A stretch of 59,805 nucleotides of DNA, filler included, from Sphacelaria rigidula (GCA_964200075.2; 9 parts of 9 records of this genome joined end to end with filler, not necessarily neighbours in it); one strand, 5' to 3'; counted from the first letter of the whole stretch, positions 23,866-37,027 are shown. The notes: generated by a model from the letters alone, not told the origin. A program made the numbers and translations.

Positions 23866-24690
23866 TGCGATGCGCCCCACCGGACGGCGCATGCCTGCCC
23901 AACGGGAAAAGCAACTGCTTGTCCTCAACATCATTATCATGTTTCAAGAACGTGTCACACAGGCATTTCGCAATATGTTTCGGCATGAGCTCATAATCTG
24001 CGGCCACCTCAAAGAGGTTTGTTCACCGCGCGTTCACCTGATCTACATCTCGCCAATATTGCTCGTATTTGCGTAAACCTCGACCAATTTCTCGCTCGAA
24101 AACTTGCGTCCGTAGTACCGCATCTCCAGCGCCAGTACAGGAACAACACGACCATCGACGATGACATATTCCTGCGCCTCATTCATTTCGGTCAGCAGTA
24201 CAGCCCTCCACACCGCTGTTTTGAAAAACGAAGTCGCCTCCCACTCACAGGAACAACAACTCTCTCCTTACACCGAGACGCGCTGTACCACCTTACAACG
24301 ACAATGGCCACAGCGCCTCTTTCCCACGCAGGTCTCACCACGTGTTTGAAGTCCTTAGACTCCTCTTCCTGGTCGTACCTGGCAAAGCGTGGAATAAGCA
24401 ACTCTCCCTGGCTCCACCAGGCAGTGATTTCGCCGCTTTTTCTGGAACGGTCTTGGGCTCGCCAGCTGTCGATCGACCGCCCGCACCCCACGCACGAGCG
24501 ATACCACAGCCCACCCTAGCACTGCCTCAGAACCTCCTCGGCTCTACTACTCCAACTCTTCGCGACGTTAACACGCCTTGAGCTGGTCTTGTTTGCTGCA
24601 AACTGATCAGGCCCGCAGACTTCCCTATCTTGAAGTGTCAGCTGCTTTCAGCGGACCTAACGCCTTTCAGCGGACTTAATGGAGCTTCAT

Positions 24691-24950
24691 TACAGACTCC
24701 TGTCAATCAAGATCAGATCGCCATGTGGACTCCTCCCATTATGGGCACATGGACTCCAGCAGCTTTAGCCATTCATACGTTTACCCTCAGCATAGTACAG
24801 GAGAACAGGACCATAGCCTCTCTGCACCAGAGTAGCAAAACCAGGCCATTTCGTCATGGAGGTCACCTATCACAGAGCCCGGCAATCAGACCCGCAACTC
24901 CACCTACATATGTCCCCAACCTTAGGTAACAATGGTGGCTAGAGTCTACA
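24691..24950 (-). repeat. LTR (5' LTR if the element is on the minus strand)
   Basis: Direct repeat of 20301-20562. Confidence 0.9.
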
Positions 24951-25582
24951 GACGTGAGTTGACGCGGTGCAGGAGTGCTGACCCAATCCGCGAGACCAAA
25001 ATGAAAGGCGCGCACCGAAGGAGAGATTGATTGATCCTTTGAGACCACGGACTCATCCCGAGGAAGGGCACGGGTTCGAAGTGTGAGGGAAAAAAGAAAT
25101 GTAGAAGACGTACTCGATGTGCGTGATATGTGCGATAGGTCGTATTCCAGCTGTAGACGTTATTCGTGTTATATTCCAGTCGGGTTTCGCAGAACGGTAG
25201 TACCACCCGGCCGTTCAGTCGTTTAGCTACCTAGCAAGCCTAATAACAAAGCTATCAGCCACCACTTAGAGACATCTCGCTTGCAAGCAAGTCAAGAGCA
25301 CTTCTCTGCACGTGAAAGTGGGCCTATGTTTTGGCTCATGATGCAGTGCTGGTTCGGACTCAAGGGACTGTTAGCCACAAGCTGGAGAATCACTCCACTC
25401 GACTGCAATTATTCATTGCAGCCAGCTACTTGCCTCGTGCAACCCCTGGCCTGGTATGTTCCGTGAGAGTGGCACCCTTTTCACCTCGTGGCCAGACCAC
25501 GACAGGTCTCTACAAGTGTTTGATCTCTCTCTCTCACACACCCCAACTAGCCTGTGGCAGGCTCTTGTGGTCGGGCGCCATG

Positions 25583-26206
25583 CAGTGTTGTTCCTTTTCA
25601 CTATCATGGAGGCATTGTACTACAAATATAATTTATTATCCGCGGCGTCAATTGGAGACGGTCATACTCCAAGGCCTAGAATATGGTGATACTAAAGGGG
25701 CAGACGTCCTTAGGAGAGAGGTCTCCACATCGGCACGGATACCTGGCGCTACAGATCAGCTTTCGCGCGTTTGGCAGCCGGATGGGAAATTATGCACATC
25801 ACTACGAATGTAGAAAGCGTTTATTGCACGATATGTATCCGCGCAATACAATACTCGACGAAGTTGACACCGTGTGTCCCTAGTGCCAGTACAACGAGTA
25901 CTCAAGAACTGACTGTGCGATGCGAGCCATGCCTCTACAGGGCTACAATACCCGCGAAAAATTCGTGAAAACAAAATGCAACTCATACTCTGTCCTATTC
26001 TGGAACCAAGTGAAAACTCTGCACACAAGGGTCATCACGCGCCTGCCAAAGAAGGGTAAAAATCTTCACGTGGGAGCACACCACGGAAGAATATTGGATT
26101 GAGTAATAGAAGAAAACTACAGCAACTGCCCCTGTTATTTTCAGACCGTCGTGGTAACGCCCACGCCAAGTCTGGCACTGTGAGGGAGATGACGTTGCCC
26201 CCTGCC
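25583..26206 (+). repeat. Unclassified interspersed repeat (copy 2)
   Basis: Colinear with 5941-6557. Confidence 0.85.
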
Positions 26207-26526
26207 CAAGCAGCTTCGCAGTGGTCCTTGACAGAGGACACTCATCTCCTTGACTGCGTTGTGCGGCCGCGTCTTGCTCGGCACGACGTATAAAAGTCAG
26301 GGGCATCTGCCTTTAACATATGGACAACCCTATTAAGTGGTTATTTCCGGCCTTGGTGTCAACCTCGACCAAGAAGGGTCCGATGTAAACAACAAGGATG
26401 GCAACATCTACTCCTGCCTCCGCGCGGATTTCATATCGTTACCCTGTAGAGTTGTCATCAGAAAGTAACAGCCGACCCTAATTTTTGGGGTTGAAACATA
26501 AAATGAGGTTGAAGTCACATCCCTCC

Positions 26527-26626
26527 NNNNNNNNNNNNNNNNNNNNNNNNNNNNNNNNNNNNNNNNNNNNTTAATTAATTAANNNNNNNNNNNNNNNNNN
26601 NNNNNNNNNNNNNNNNNNNNNNNNNN
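26527..26626. other. Artificial contig linker
   Basis: Same 100-bp spacer. Confidence 0.98.
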
Positions 26627-27209
26627 GTTGCTAGCGTCGTGCAGAGGGGTGCGTCAGCTGCGATCTGGAGCTTTCGTTGATCTACTCTACTCACTGCCTG
26701 CCGTCTGCAGAGCGTCTGCCTAGAGGCCACACTGGGTACTGTTGTAACATGTTGTAATGTACCCAAATTAGGAATATCTTTGGAAACGAAAGAGTTCGTT
26801 TTTTCAAAGTTCGTCGACATGGTTGAAAGGACTCTCCTTAGTCGAGGGACTGCGGCTTCCCCGTCCGCCCGCCAGGTATGAAAGAAGGACAGCAGAGGTT
26901 TTGGGACCGCATGTAACGCCCACGGGGGAACACAGAGTTTCTCGTCTACGAAAATGCCCGTCTTCCTACCTGCAAACAGTTTGATGCCCGTTGGTTTCTA
27001 ACAAGAACGTCAAATTGTCGATTTGTGATGGTACTGTACTGATTGGCAGATGCCAATGCCAGGAAAGATTCATAGTGCTGTTCGACACTATCTTCGAACG
27101 TTTGAACGGACCCAAAGCAGACACTTTCCCTCGGTGGGATGTACTGTAGTCGATGTACGGGGATATCCATATCCAAGTACTTGTTCGGGGTCTGGTGCCT
27201 TTCAGTTCT

Positions 27210-27545
27210 TTTGCTCGCTCACCGACACTAAATGATGCCTCCAACACGGGCTCGTAGCCTGAAACCAAGATAAACACCCTTGACACAAGTACCCCACGTC
27301 TGTGCCAGGCGATCTGTATGGTAAACTATCCAGGCGTCCCGCGATCGTATCCTATGTCATCTTGCCTGACTGCTGTACTGGTTACTTCCCTCCAGGGAGG
27401 TCATTTTCACCGTGTAAGGTTCAAGGACGGCTTGCGTAACACAAGGTATTACTCACACATCGGGATGTCCGGTACATCATCACTGCCTCCCACTCCGTGT
27501 ACGGTTCACCATGGGTCGCTAATCCACAAATGCTCACGAGAAGAC
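27210..27545 (-). repeat. Unclassified interspersed repeat, partner of 13386-13720
   Basis: Inverted homology. Confidence 0.8.
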
Positions 27546-28007
27546 CTTCGCTGCCGAAAGCTTGGCCAACGATTCCCCCACACTTTGTACCAACTTCTGG
27601 TCATGTGGTCGGTCATTGTAAAGTGTTTGTTTCATGAGTGCAGTAGGTCTTAACGTTTATGTCATGCAGTATCCACCCTTCCCTTCATCTTACGCTTGTG
27701 CACCAAATGTCGGGAATTTCAGGAAAATGTCTGACCAGATTTCCACTCCCTGGTAGACACGGAAAAGATTTACGGGTATCTCTCCAAGAGACTCAACCTC
27801 CATGTGAATTCAACATGTTGGGGTGTCCATATCTGTATTGTAATATATTTTGTATTTTCGATTGGCATGTAAGGTGGTCAACCTTCACGCTACTTCTGAC
27901 CGGTCTGGGCTTTGATTTATTTGTTGTCTTACCTTGGTATGATATGAGGGGAAGAATCTCGATTGTTTTCCGTTTTGATGAGGGGAAATAGAGTTGTTTT
28001 TTCTCCC

Positions 28008-28540
28008 TATTTCATGTCTATATCCGGGCTGTGTTATGGTCAATGCAAAAAAAACGGTCAGCTTCATGATTCCGTGTCTATGTCCGGGCTGTGCTCTGGT
28101 AGGTTAAAAAAAAGTGGATTGCTTCGAAATTTCATGTCTATGTCCGGGTTGTGTTATAGTAGGCTGAAGGAAAAGGATGGCTAGCCTAGTTATTTCATGT
28201 CCATGTGCGGGCTATGTTATGGTCAATGCAAAAAAAAACGGTTAGCTTCATGATTCCCTGTCTATGTCCGGCCTGTGCTCTGGTAGGTTAAAAAAAAAGT
28301 GGTTTGCTCCGAAATTTCATGTCCATATCCGGGTTTTGTTACAGTAGGCTGAAGGGAAAGGATGGCTAGCCTAGTTATTTCATGTCCATGTGCGGGCTGT
28401 GTTATGGTGGGTTCAGGAAAGAAATGGCTAGCTTTGTAATATCATGGTCCATGTCCAGGCTTTGCTATGGTATGTTAAAGAAAGGATGATTAGGTTCGTA
28501 ACTTCATGTTCATGACCGGGTTGTGTTCTGGTCGCTGAAA
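28008..28540 (+). repeat. ~61-bp minisatellite, 9 units, with a duplicated three-unit higher-order block
   Basis: ATTTCATGTC.ATGTCCGGGCTGTGTTATGG core about every 61 bp; order A-B-C-A-B-C-D-E-F. Confidence 0.9.
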
Positions 28541-30399
28541 AAACACCAAACCAAGCAGGAACACATAATAGTGAAGAAGAAAGGAAAAAGGTAAGGATGA
28601 AGAAGAAAATGAAAAAAGAAAAAAAAATGGGGGAAGGGGGAAGGAGAAGGAAGGCGTAAAAGTTAGAAACTAGAAAAAAACTAGAAAAAAATGAAAATAA
28701 AGGTCAGCTTTGTTATCTCCTGTCTACATCCAGTTTGTGTTTTACTGTGGAGAAATAAAACTGCTTCTTTCGGTTGTTGTATGTCTTGTGTGCCTGTTGA
28801 TCCGGGGAATTGATTTTGCCTAATGGCGGGCCCTGGTATATGGACGGTAAAGGTCTGTACCTTTTATGGCTAGGTTCTGGTGGCTTGTTCTACAGCGCCG
28901 TTGCCACTCGACGCCAAGGTATGCAGTACCGGGGGAGCCTTTCGGGGGGAGGCGGGGGACTCAGCCTGACTCTTTTACTGGCCTGTACCTTATAGGGTGC
29001 CGTATACTGCACACTGCACCCCAAGACCTCCGAAGACCACATGGAGTCCAGGACTAAACGCACCATCAGCTTTCGCGATCATTCTGAGATTCTGATGTGC
29101 AAGTTTGACAGCACAATTGAAACATCGAGCGTCAATAATGCGCCGCAAGGGCAAAAAAAGTACGGTACTATGGAGGAACTCTCAGCCTTGATCCACAAGG
29201 GTCGCTTGGGCGGCAGCGCTCTCCCCTAGCTAGCTACAGGTTCTTTACGGGCAATACCGTAAGCGCCGCCGCGCGTGTGGGTCATGGTTGTATGTGTAGC
29301 TGAAGTTCTACACCTCATTTGCGGGTGCTTGTTCTTACTGGCACCTCGGAACTGAGCACGTGCTCTTATGACCGCGCGCTTATATTTCGATATCTCCTAG
29401 GCTCTAGTTCTCAAGTACCAATTTCCCAAGTGGTGGCGCCATCTACCCCCCCGTCCCCCGTCCCCCTCCCCAGGTCCGGCGAAAATCCGGCGTTCTCCGT
29501 CCCGGCTTTGTAGCGATGGACCTCCTATGGGGTTGGTGTCGATTGGCAATCACGCTGTAAAACACACCGTTCACTGCGTTGGCTAGGTAGCCAGGTTACC
29601 GGGGATTTTCGCGCGCTTGCTTGATTTTTTCGGTAACCATGATGGTGGTCGAGCTAGATTATATTGTGCGCAGTGGAAGAACCTCGATTCCGCACAAAGG
29701 AGATGATCGTACTGCGTAGGTTTTGGTGAGACAGCCATGAGGTAATGTGTAGTACGTGGCTATCTCTGGAAGTGGCGACACCAGAAAATGAAGCAACTAA
29801 TTGGAGGCTGTTATCCAAACGCAAGATAGTCAGTACGCTTCGAGCCGAGAAATCTTAGCAGGATGCAGCTCACCCTTCATGCGATTCGCCGAACACGTCA
29901 CCGCGCTTCGCGCTCGGTGATTGACTGCGAGCTTGTTCCGGCGAAAACCCGGCGTGCTCCGCACCGGCTTTGTAGGGATACGATATCAATGGTCATTTGA
30001 CTACGGCATGCGAGATCATGAGTACACGCCCCCCCCGTCTGAAGCCACGGAAATCGGTTGCTGCATCTTCAGGCATTGTCATTTTCCTCCATCAATGTCC
30101 CTCAAGATGTGATTCTTGCAGCCGGGGGGGGTTATGCTCACGCGCCAGTCACGGTCCACCCAAAAGTCAGGCCGAACATCCATAGGACAAACAATTTTGG
30201 GAATGTCGCCTCACAGGGAAGTGGGGCTCGACAGGGGTCATGGGGAGTGCACAGGGCCAGGAACGTACCAGCCTTCATATGTCTCAACAGTCATTAATAT
30301 TTAATTTCACAAACCGTTACATTTCAATTTCATTCCCATATAGTTTCCACAGATCGTCATGTCTCAACAGTTATCAGTGTACGATATTATCATGCAATA

Positions 30400-30705
30400 A
30401 TCAGATTTGATTTCATTATTTAGCATGCCGTACGTGGCACGCCTCATACCGCACCTTAAATTCGTCTGTCAATCACAATCCGACCGACAATCAGGAACCG
30501 GCAATGATTTGCACTCTTATTTTAGCATGCCGCGCTTGCATTCCCGTACACCGCTTGTGTAATCATTTTTGTCCGCTTACAACTCGACCAACAAGTAGGG
30601 GCAGTAATGATTTGCACTGCTATCATACCATACCGCGCTCGCATGCCTGTACACCGCATGTGGTTTCATTTCTGTAAGCTTACAACTCGATCAACAACTA
30701 AACCG
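30400..30705 (+). repeat. ~103-bp diverged tandem repeat, 3 copies
   Basis: GATTTG...TAGCATGCCG...ACCGC...ACAA.TCGA.C.ACAA pattern recurs three times. Confidence 0.8.
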
Positions 30706-32939
30706 GGTGATGCCAGATACAGTCTTGCTTAGACATGTCGTGTGCAACATGCTTGCACGACAGTGCGCACACGGGATTTCAGTCAACTTTCATCGCTACT
30801 CCTTTTCAAGTACCGCCCCCCACACACCTTTTGAACTTCTTCAGGTGTCAATATCACAAGTCGTGGCCAACCATTCTTCGGCACCTCTCCTGCTTCCTCT
30901 CGTTAGGAACCGAGATTAAGGAGCAGTTCAACAAGTCTACAAGGAAAGGTGCCCCTCTCGACTGCGTAAGAACGAATGACCAAGCGCTATCATCAGACCA
31001 GAAAAAGGACTATTCCTAGTAAAGTTTTGGGACAACACTAGTCGTTATCAATCACATAGTCACAGTCTGCACTGCTCCGCAGCATCCTGTACCCTACTGA
31101 GGCCACTTGAAACCGCTGTCCTCTTTGCAATTAAGTCAGCTGGTGGCGTCTCACACTTACACTGTACCTGTCGAGACGATGTAGTTCATCAACGACCATT
31201 CCAGTTGGGAAACGGTGCTCCGCAACCCACGCTTATCTGATGACAAAAAATGTGGCATACGAGAACTGACTCGGCTTGCCATGCGCACATGACCTCAACA
31301 CCGAGAAACAAGTGTATCCCCAGATAACTTCAAATACCGACATCATCATTCGATCAAATCAGGCAATATCTACTCGTGAACATCTACCTGCACACATCGT
31401 TACGACAGGCACACTTCATCGCAACCAACCCAGCTAGGGAACAGTGCCCTGTGACCTACAATTGTTGGGAAGATGAACGGTACACTGCACCAGCGTCAAG
31501 AATGGTGAATCTATTCACACATGGTCTTAACACCGGGTAAAATGGATCATCCACATTCTTTAGCGTAACATTATCCCACTTTTACCGCACACGTGAGGTT
31601 ATATGGGCCATCACCATATAGATTTATATGGGCCATCACCATATTTATATCATCGTACAGTACACCGTCTGGATTTTCGCGTTGGCTCAAATACTTTCTT
31701 ACATACACCGTATCTCATAGGTCGGGATTTCACAGCTTCCCTTTCGGGAAACTTCTTCCCGTCGAGACCGGGAAACATATATACCAAGCGCTTTTTCAGT
31801 CCCCATTATGGCTTCTGACTAAATCTTCCGACAGTCTCGGCCTGCTGTTGAAACATGAATGGAGAGTGCATTACATTGCCACAAGACGCACCCCCATACT
31901 CACTTAGAACACACTTGTGCAGATTATGTATTGGACATAGATCTCATACGTAGATTCTCGGGCATATAGTCAACCAGCCTGGTAGGAGCCAGTGCGGTTC
32001 AGTACAAAGTACCGACAGGAACCGTCCGGGAACCAGTGCTGTAGCCAGTGTTTAGTCGAGCCAGAACGGCTCCACGGCTCTATATTGTAAGCTCTATAGT
32101 TGGGGTTTAGGGCTGAGATTCAGAGAGCGAAGGTTCAGATAGAGCTGTACACCAGCGGGTGACGTCTGAATGAATAACGAAAAGCACGGCGATGCAGCGC
32201 CCCACTCGGGTACGTCGTCTGCTCAACCCATCAAGATCTCTCGTGACAATTGTCTTGCTCCGCTATAAAACGGTGCACTGCGAGGGAGCGCGCCACGGCC
32301 ACACCAAACAACACCTCACAAGTGCACAGTCCTCAACTACAGATACTTCAGCCAAATCGCGTAAAAACGTCCCTCCGGCACGGCGCCTCCGACGGAGCCC
32401 CCTCAGCCGGGGGGGGGGGCTTTTGGCTCATGGCTGCGCCGCTCAAAGCATCATGTACCATTTAAGTGGGTAATGGTTGAACAAACCATTTCCGCCGAGC
32501 TCCATAAAAAAATGGAGAATGTTCTTGCGTAATGTTCGAAAAGCTCAAACCGTGCTTTCGTGAGATTGAGAGTAGAGGATACGATTGAGAGTGAGAAACG
32601 GTCGTCAAATAGTGAGTGAAACGTTGCAGTTCCGAAATGCCCCTCCCCGAAGCCCAATAATATGCTTCCCGTCGTAGTAGCTTGCCGCTGAGACCCTTGA
32701 TGTCCCTGAGTGGGATATCGACGTGTAGCTGTAAGCACACGCCAGTGATGGAGGCAAAGAAAAGCACACAGATAATGAAAAATTAGCTGAGTTACAGCGA
32801 ATTATCAAAGCCACTCTCAATCAGCGCTCACTCACACAAAGGCTGTTCTTGTTGTTACGCTGTTGACCCCATGACCTCCGGAGGTGGTCCCTTTGTCGAA
32901 ACGGCATCACGTTACCTTGAAAAAGGACCGCAAGTGATG

Positions 32940-33182
32940 CCGACCGTCACATAACTTATTCGTGGGGGTTTATTTCCCGTCACTTTCACTCCGAGGAGCG
33001 CGACTCCCCTTGCCAGCGCTCTATCGGCTGCCATCAGGATCTTCAATGTTTTCACTTTCACCGTACCCTCGAGATACTCGTCTCCCCCCCTCGTTCCCAG
33101 AGTGTGTGCACTGGGGTCCCTAGCAGTCAACTCCAAACATAAGCACCAGGCTATACCCCACCCTTTTTCTTTTGGGCCATTT
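32940..33182 (+). mobile_element. Second copy of the SINE at 15870-16218, truncated at the contig end
   Basis: Inverted homology to 15940-16180. Confidence 0.8.
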
Positions 33183-33282
33183 NNNNNNNNNNNNNNNNNN
33201 NNNNNNNNNNNNNNNNNNNNNNNNNNTTAATTAATTAANNNNNNNNNNNNNNNNNNNNNNNNNNNNNNNNNNNNNNNNNNNN
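33183..33282. other. Artificial contig linker
   Basis: Same 100-bp spacer. Confidence 0.98.
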
Positions 33283-34286
33283 TGGTTCGGCCCGAAGCCT
33301 ACTGATTATCTTGCATTTGGATAACAGCCAACAATGAGTTACTTTTTTTTTGTGGTATCGCCACTTCCAGAGACAGCCACGGCTTATACACTGCCTTATG
33401 GGTGCCTCACCATTCAAACACTACGTGGAACGATCATCCCCATTGTGCGGATTTGAGGTTCTCTCACGCCGCACAACATGATCTAGCGCGACTACCACCA
33501 TGGTTACCGCCAAAAAAAACGCAAGCGCGCAAAAGAAAACGGTAACCTGATGGCCTACCTCACGCAGTGAGTGGCACGTTTTATAGCGTCAGCGCCAACC
33601 GACGCAAACACAATCGGGGGTCCGCCCCTACATAGCCGGGACGGAACACGCCGGGTTCTCGCCGGACCAGGCTAATGGAAGGGGGGGGCGTATTCCGTTC
33701 TTGCTGGCCTTAGTCGTTTGACCATTGACCACACATCTCTTCGAGACGGAGCACCGTTCCTACTCCTAATAGAGACACCACCAACATTTCGGTGCTCATT
33801 ACATATTTTCCATACGTTGTCTAAAAACCGTTTGCATGTCTTATCCGCGCCCTGTTTCGTCGTCTGTGTGTAGGGGGGACATTATGTGTGTCATGACCTG
33901 GTAAGCGCGGGAGGGGGTAACATTTGTCGTATCGTCCGCGAGAGTCGATGGCGGGGAAATAACAGCAAGCATCCTGATATCATTAGCGGGGAAGGTGGTG
34001 ACGGGAGGGTGGCATGTGTCATTATCAAGTTGAGATCTGAGCGGGCGGCGTCTTTTACATTCTCCATGCATGGGTACGTTTCAGTAGTTGAACACTTCGT
34101 CGGGAGTCCATTCTTTTTCGGCAAAGAAGTCACACCGCATGCGAATGGCGCTAGGTGGGGGAAGGCTATAGGTAGCCAGAGTAGCGGTGTACCGTTCAGC
34201 GACACTGTCGAAGAGAGTTAGTCGAAAAACATCCCTGCCCCCCTCTCCCCCTCCCCCTCTCGCGAAAAACATCGACACCTCCTGAC

Positions 34287-34522
34287 CTGTCCACCGGCCT
34301 TGGTGCTCAAGAAGAACAGGAATATTTCTTGTTTCTCGTCCGCGTTCACATTCACGTCATCCTCCTTCTCGTCTTCACCCGCGGCTGCTGCTGGCATCTT
34401 TCCCTTTACATCGGTTCCACGATCATTCTTACCCGTCGCCTCGCCGTCGTTGCCGTCGTCTTCTTTGCCCCCGTCTTTGTGCTCGTGGCCTTGTTTCTGG
34501 TCGCTCTCTTCTTCTTTATCGT
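34287..34522 (-). CDS. SNF2-family ATPase exon (helicase C domain, motif V region)
   Basis: GTCAG|AC...GGACAG|GTCAGG; ends EIFLFFLSTKAGGQ (cf. FLLSTRAGGxG); phase matches exon 35611-35794. Confidence 0.88.
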
Positions 34523-35354
34523 CTGACAAGCCACCCAGATGGAATGATCATCCCCCCAAAAAAACACACACACAAACAGAACAGAGGGATCAAACAAGAA
34601 AATAAAACCAGCATCAATGCCCCAGATTTCTTCTCGAAAAAGAAAAGCAAAAAATGAAATATAGGGTCGATGCAAAATATCAGAATACATACATGTGCTT
34701 CTTTTTTTCTTTTGATTTTTTTTTGTTGAAATGCATTTTTTTTCTTACAGTTCATATTTCCACCATGCGCCCGAATTGCCTAAACACACAGTCGGGCCCA
34801 AAATGATCATATTTCTCCCCATCTTCGGGAGCAAAAGATATGGAGAACCTAGCAAAAGTAACTAAAAAGGCTTAACACTCGCCGTTTCAGCTCATTTCTT
34901 GTACAGCGGCTAACTACGCCTCGTCCGAAATCACTTTGTTACGTCATCACTTCCATCATCACGGAAATGGTTGAGAAAATTGGCTGAGTTAGGCAAAACC
35001 GGATTTGAAGAGGTCAAAAACTGGCCAAAATGGGGTCATTTATTACTCAAGACTGTGCATACATATAAATCGGGGAAGGTTTCAATTGCAACCCCATGGC
35101 TATATATTTGTTCAACAAAGCTAACTAGAGAATCGTCAGCACCTCCGTTGGGGAGGTACGATCTGTACCCCACAACGGACTTTGATTACGGCGCATCACA
35201 TTCTCTAGTTTTTTTGCAGTCTTGTTCATTTCTTGGGTATGGATGGCTGAACGTTGTTGCGGCCTAAATAGCCACGCGGCTTGATTTGTCAGACAGTACA
35301 GTAGATGGTGGAACATTCGATCCAAGAGTATACACAATTACAGTCAATTAATAA

Positions 35355-35572
35355 TTCAGTCAACGGAATCAACGGAATCCACAGAATTGATGAAATCAAA
35401 CCAAATCAGATTCACGAAATGAGGCCAAATCAGGTCAACGAAATAAAACCAAACCAGATGAGTGAAACCTAACCAAACCAAACCAAACCAAACCAAACGG
35501 TTTATTCAATTCAATAAAAATCAAATGCAGTAACTGCATTAAATCCAGATCCAAATCCAAATCCAAATCCAG
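35355..35572. repeat. Intronic simple repeats (AAACC)n and (AAATCC)n
   Basis: Visible tandem units between the two SNF2 exons. Confidence 0.85.
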
Positions 35573-35610
35573 TCGAACTTGATGCGCTCAACATATTTTG
35601 GCTCTCTCAC

Positions 35611-35794
35611 CTTTTTTGGCATCACCGTCGTCTTCTTTCTTGTGAGCGTCTTCATGCCCCCCACTTTTGTCCTCAGATGACGTTGCCACCTGTCTGTGGC
35701 TGTTGTTGAAGTCATCGATGTATCTCTGACGGTCAGCCGCCGGAGTAGTTCCGTCAATACGTCGATTGCCCCAGTCGCGGAAGGAGGCGTAGTC
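35611..35794 (-). CDS. SNF2-family ATPase exon (helicase C domain)
   Basis: TACAG|GAC...AAAG|GTGAGA; encodes DYASFRDWGNRRIDGTTPAADRQRYIDDFNNS..., matching the SNF2 DY..R....RIDG....RQ..ID.FN signature. Confidence 0.9.
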
Positions 35795-36650
35795 CTGTAC
35801 ATCGTATCAACAAAAAGAGAAGAAGGAGGAACTGAAACACGATATGGAACAGATCCCCCCCAGACTAGGGCCGTCCACTGGCGAGTGTGGCCACTTGAGA
35901 GTAACTGGCCAAGCCAACGGGTCGGAGACCCTCTGACAAGGAGTGAACGATAAGAGCAAGTAAGCCAAGGCTGGCAGCCCATGAGGATAACAGTGCGAAG
36001 TTATCTACGCCCGCACCGAAAAACACGCATGTAGTTGAACACCACGCCATGGTGTGCTTTCCATTTTGTGGTTGCGGGTTACCGTTTAATTTCTGTGTTT
36101 TCGGGTGTCGTGGAATGGAATCAGAAATCCTACTTGCATGTGTCCGCTCTTTCCACTTCGAGATGTGGCGAGCATGCTCTGCATCGTGTTAAAAACGTTT
36201 TTTACCATGCAAATTGGCAATCAGCAATTGAGTGTTTGGACATTTGGCAGTTCCGCATCAAGAGCTCCACCGTATGTATATAAGTCATGCTTTCTTATCC
36301 TTTCTTCCTTCTTCATTTTTTTCTTTAATTCGACTGACCAGTCACCGGCCTACACGCTATGGCGGAAAGACGGGAAAACTTCAGAGCCACGGGGGAGCAG
36401 CGAAGCAGACGGGACAAGAAGAAAGAAGAAGCACGAAGCACCTGACCTGTCAGTTCATGACTGGCCCCCCGGGCACACCCGTTCATGATGAACTAATGTA
36501 CCCAGGACTGAACACTCTAGATCTCTATTCAACACATCGACGACAGCGCATCGAGACGGAGAGTGAAGCGATGCGCGGCTGTTTCATGAGTCATCAGCGC
36601 AGACAATGTCCGTCGAGGTCTTCGAAGCGTCTTCCGTCTCAATTCGACCG

Positions 36651-37012
36651 ATGTGCTGTGCGTTCTCATATTATCTAATCTGGACGCCAGTCTACACTTT
36701 TTTGGTATTCGCTTGCGCATCAGCCGGGGGCCACACGGGAAGAAGGCCAACACAGGACGGGTTTTTCCCTCTTGTTTGTATAGTTCCACCTTCCTCCTGC
36801 GGTGTTTGCCTTACCTCTATCGCGGAAGGGGTTCGGCAGTCCCTTTCCCTCGTCGACCGTGAAGTCGATTTTTTCTGTACCCACGACATGATCGCTCCCA
36901 ACTGTTGGGCATGGCGTGAAAAAGTATCCCAGATCGTGTGACTGCACCGACATTCGAACCCACGACCCAACCGTCAGAAGGTCTCGAGGTGAACAAACTG
37001 AGCCACCGGGAG
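36651..37012 (-). mobile_element. tRNA-derived SINE, tandem copy 1
   Basis: Minus-strand head CCGGTGGCTCAGTTTG...GGGTTCGAATG; duplicated at 37028-37380. Confidence 0.8.
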
Positions 37013-37027
37013 GACCGTCTCGGTTGA

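Larger units (their letters stand above)
20301..24950 (-). mobile_element. Complete non-autonomous LTR retroelement (LARD-like), 4650 bp
   Basis: Two ~260-bp LTRs with about 20 differences, T(A)TAGACT...AGTCTACA ends, 4-bp TSD GACG (20297-20300 / 24951-24954), minus-strand purine-rich tract next to the left LTR; no recognisable PR/RT/IN. Confidence 0.85.

Noticed and set aside
24932..24945. TGGTGGCTAGAG as a plus-strand primer-binding site after a shorter TGTC...AACA LTR
   Set aside because: Homology between the two repeats extends through it to AGTCTACA, and the GACG TSD fits the longer LTR boundaries.
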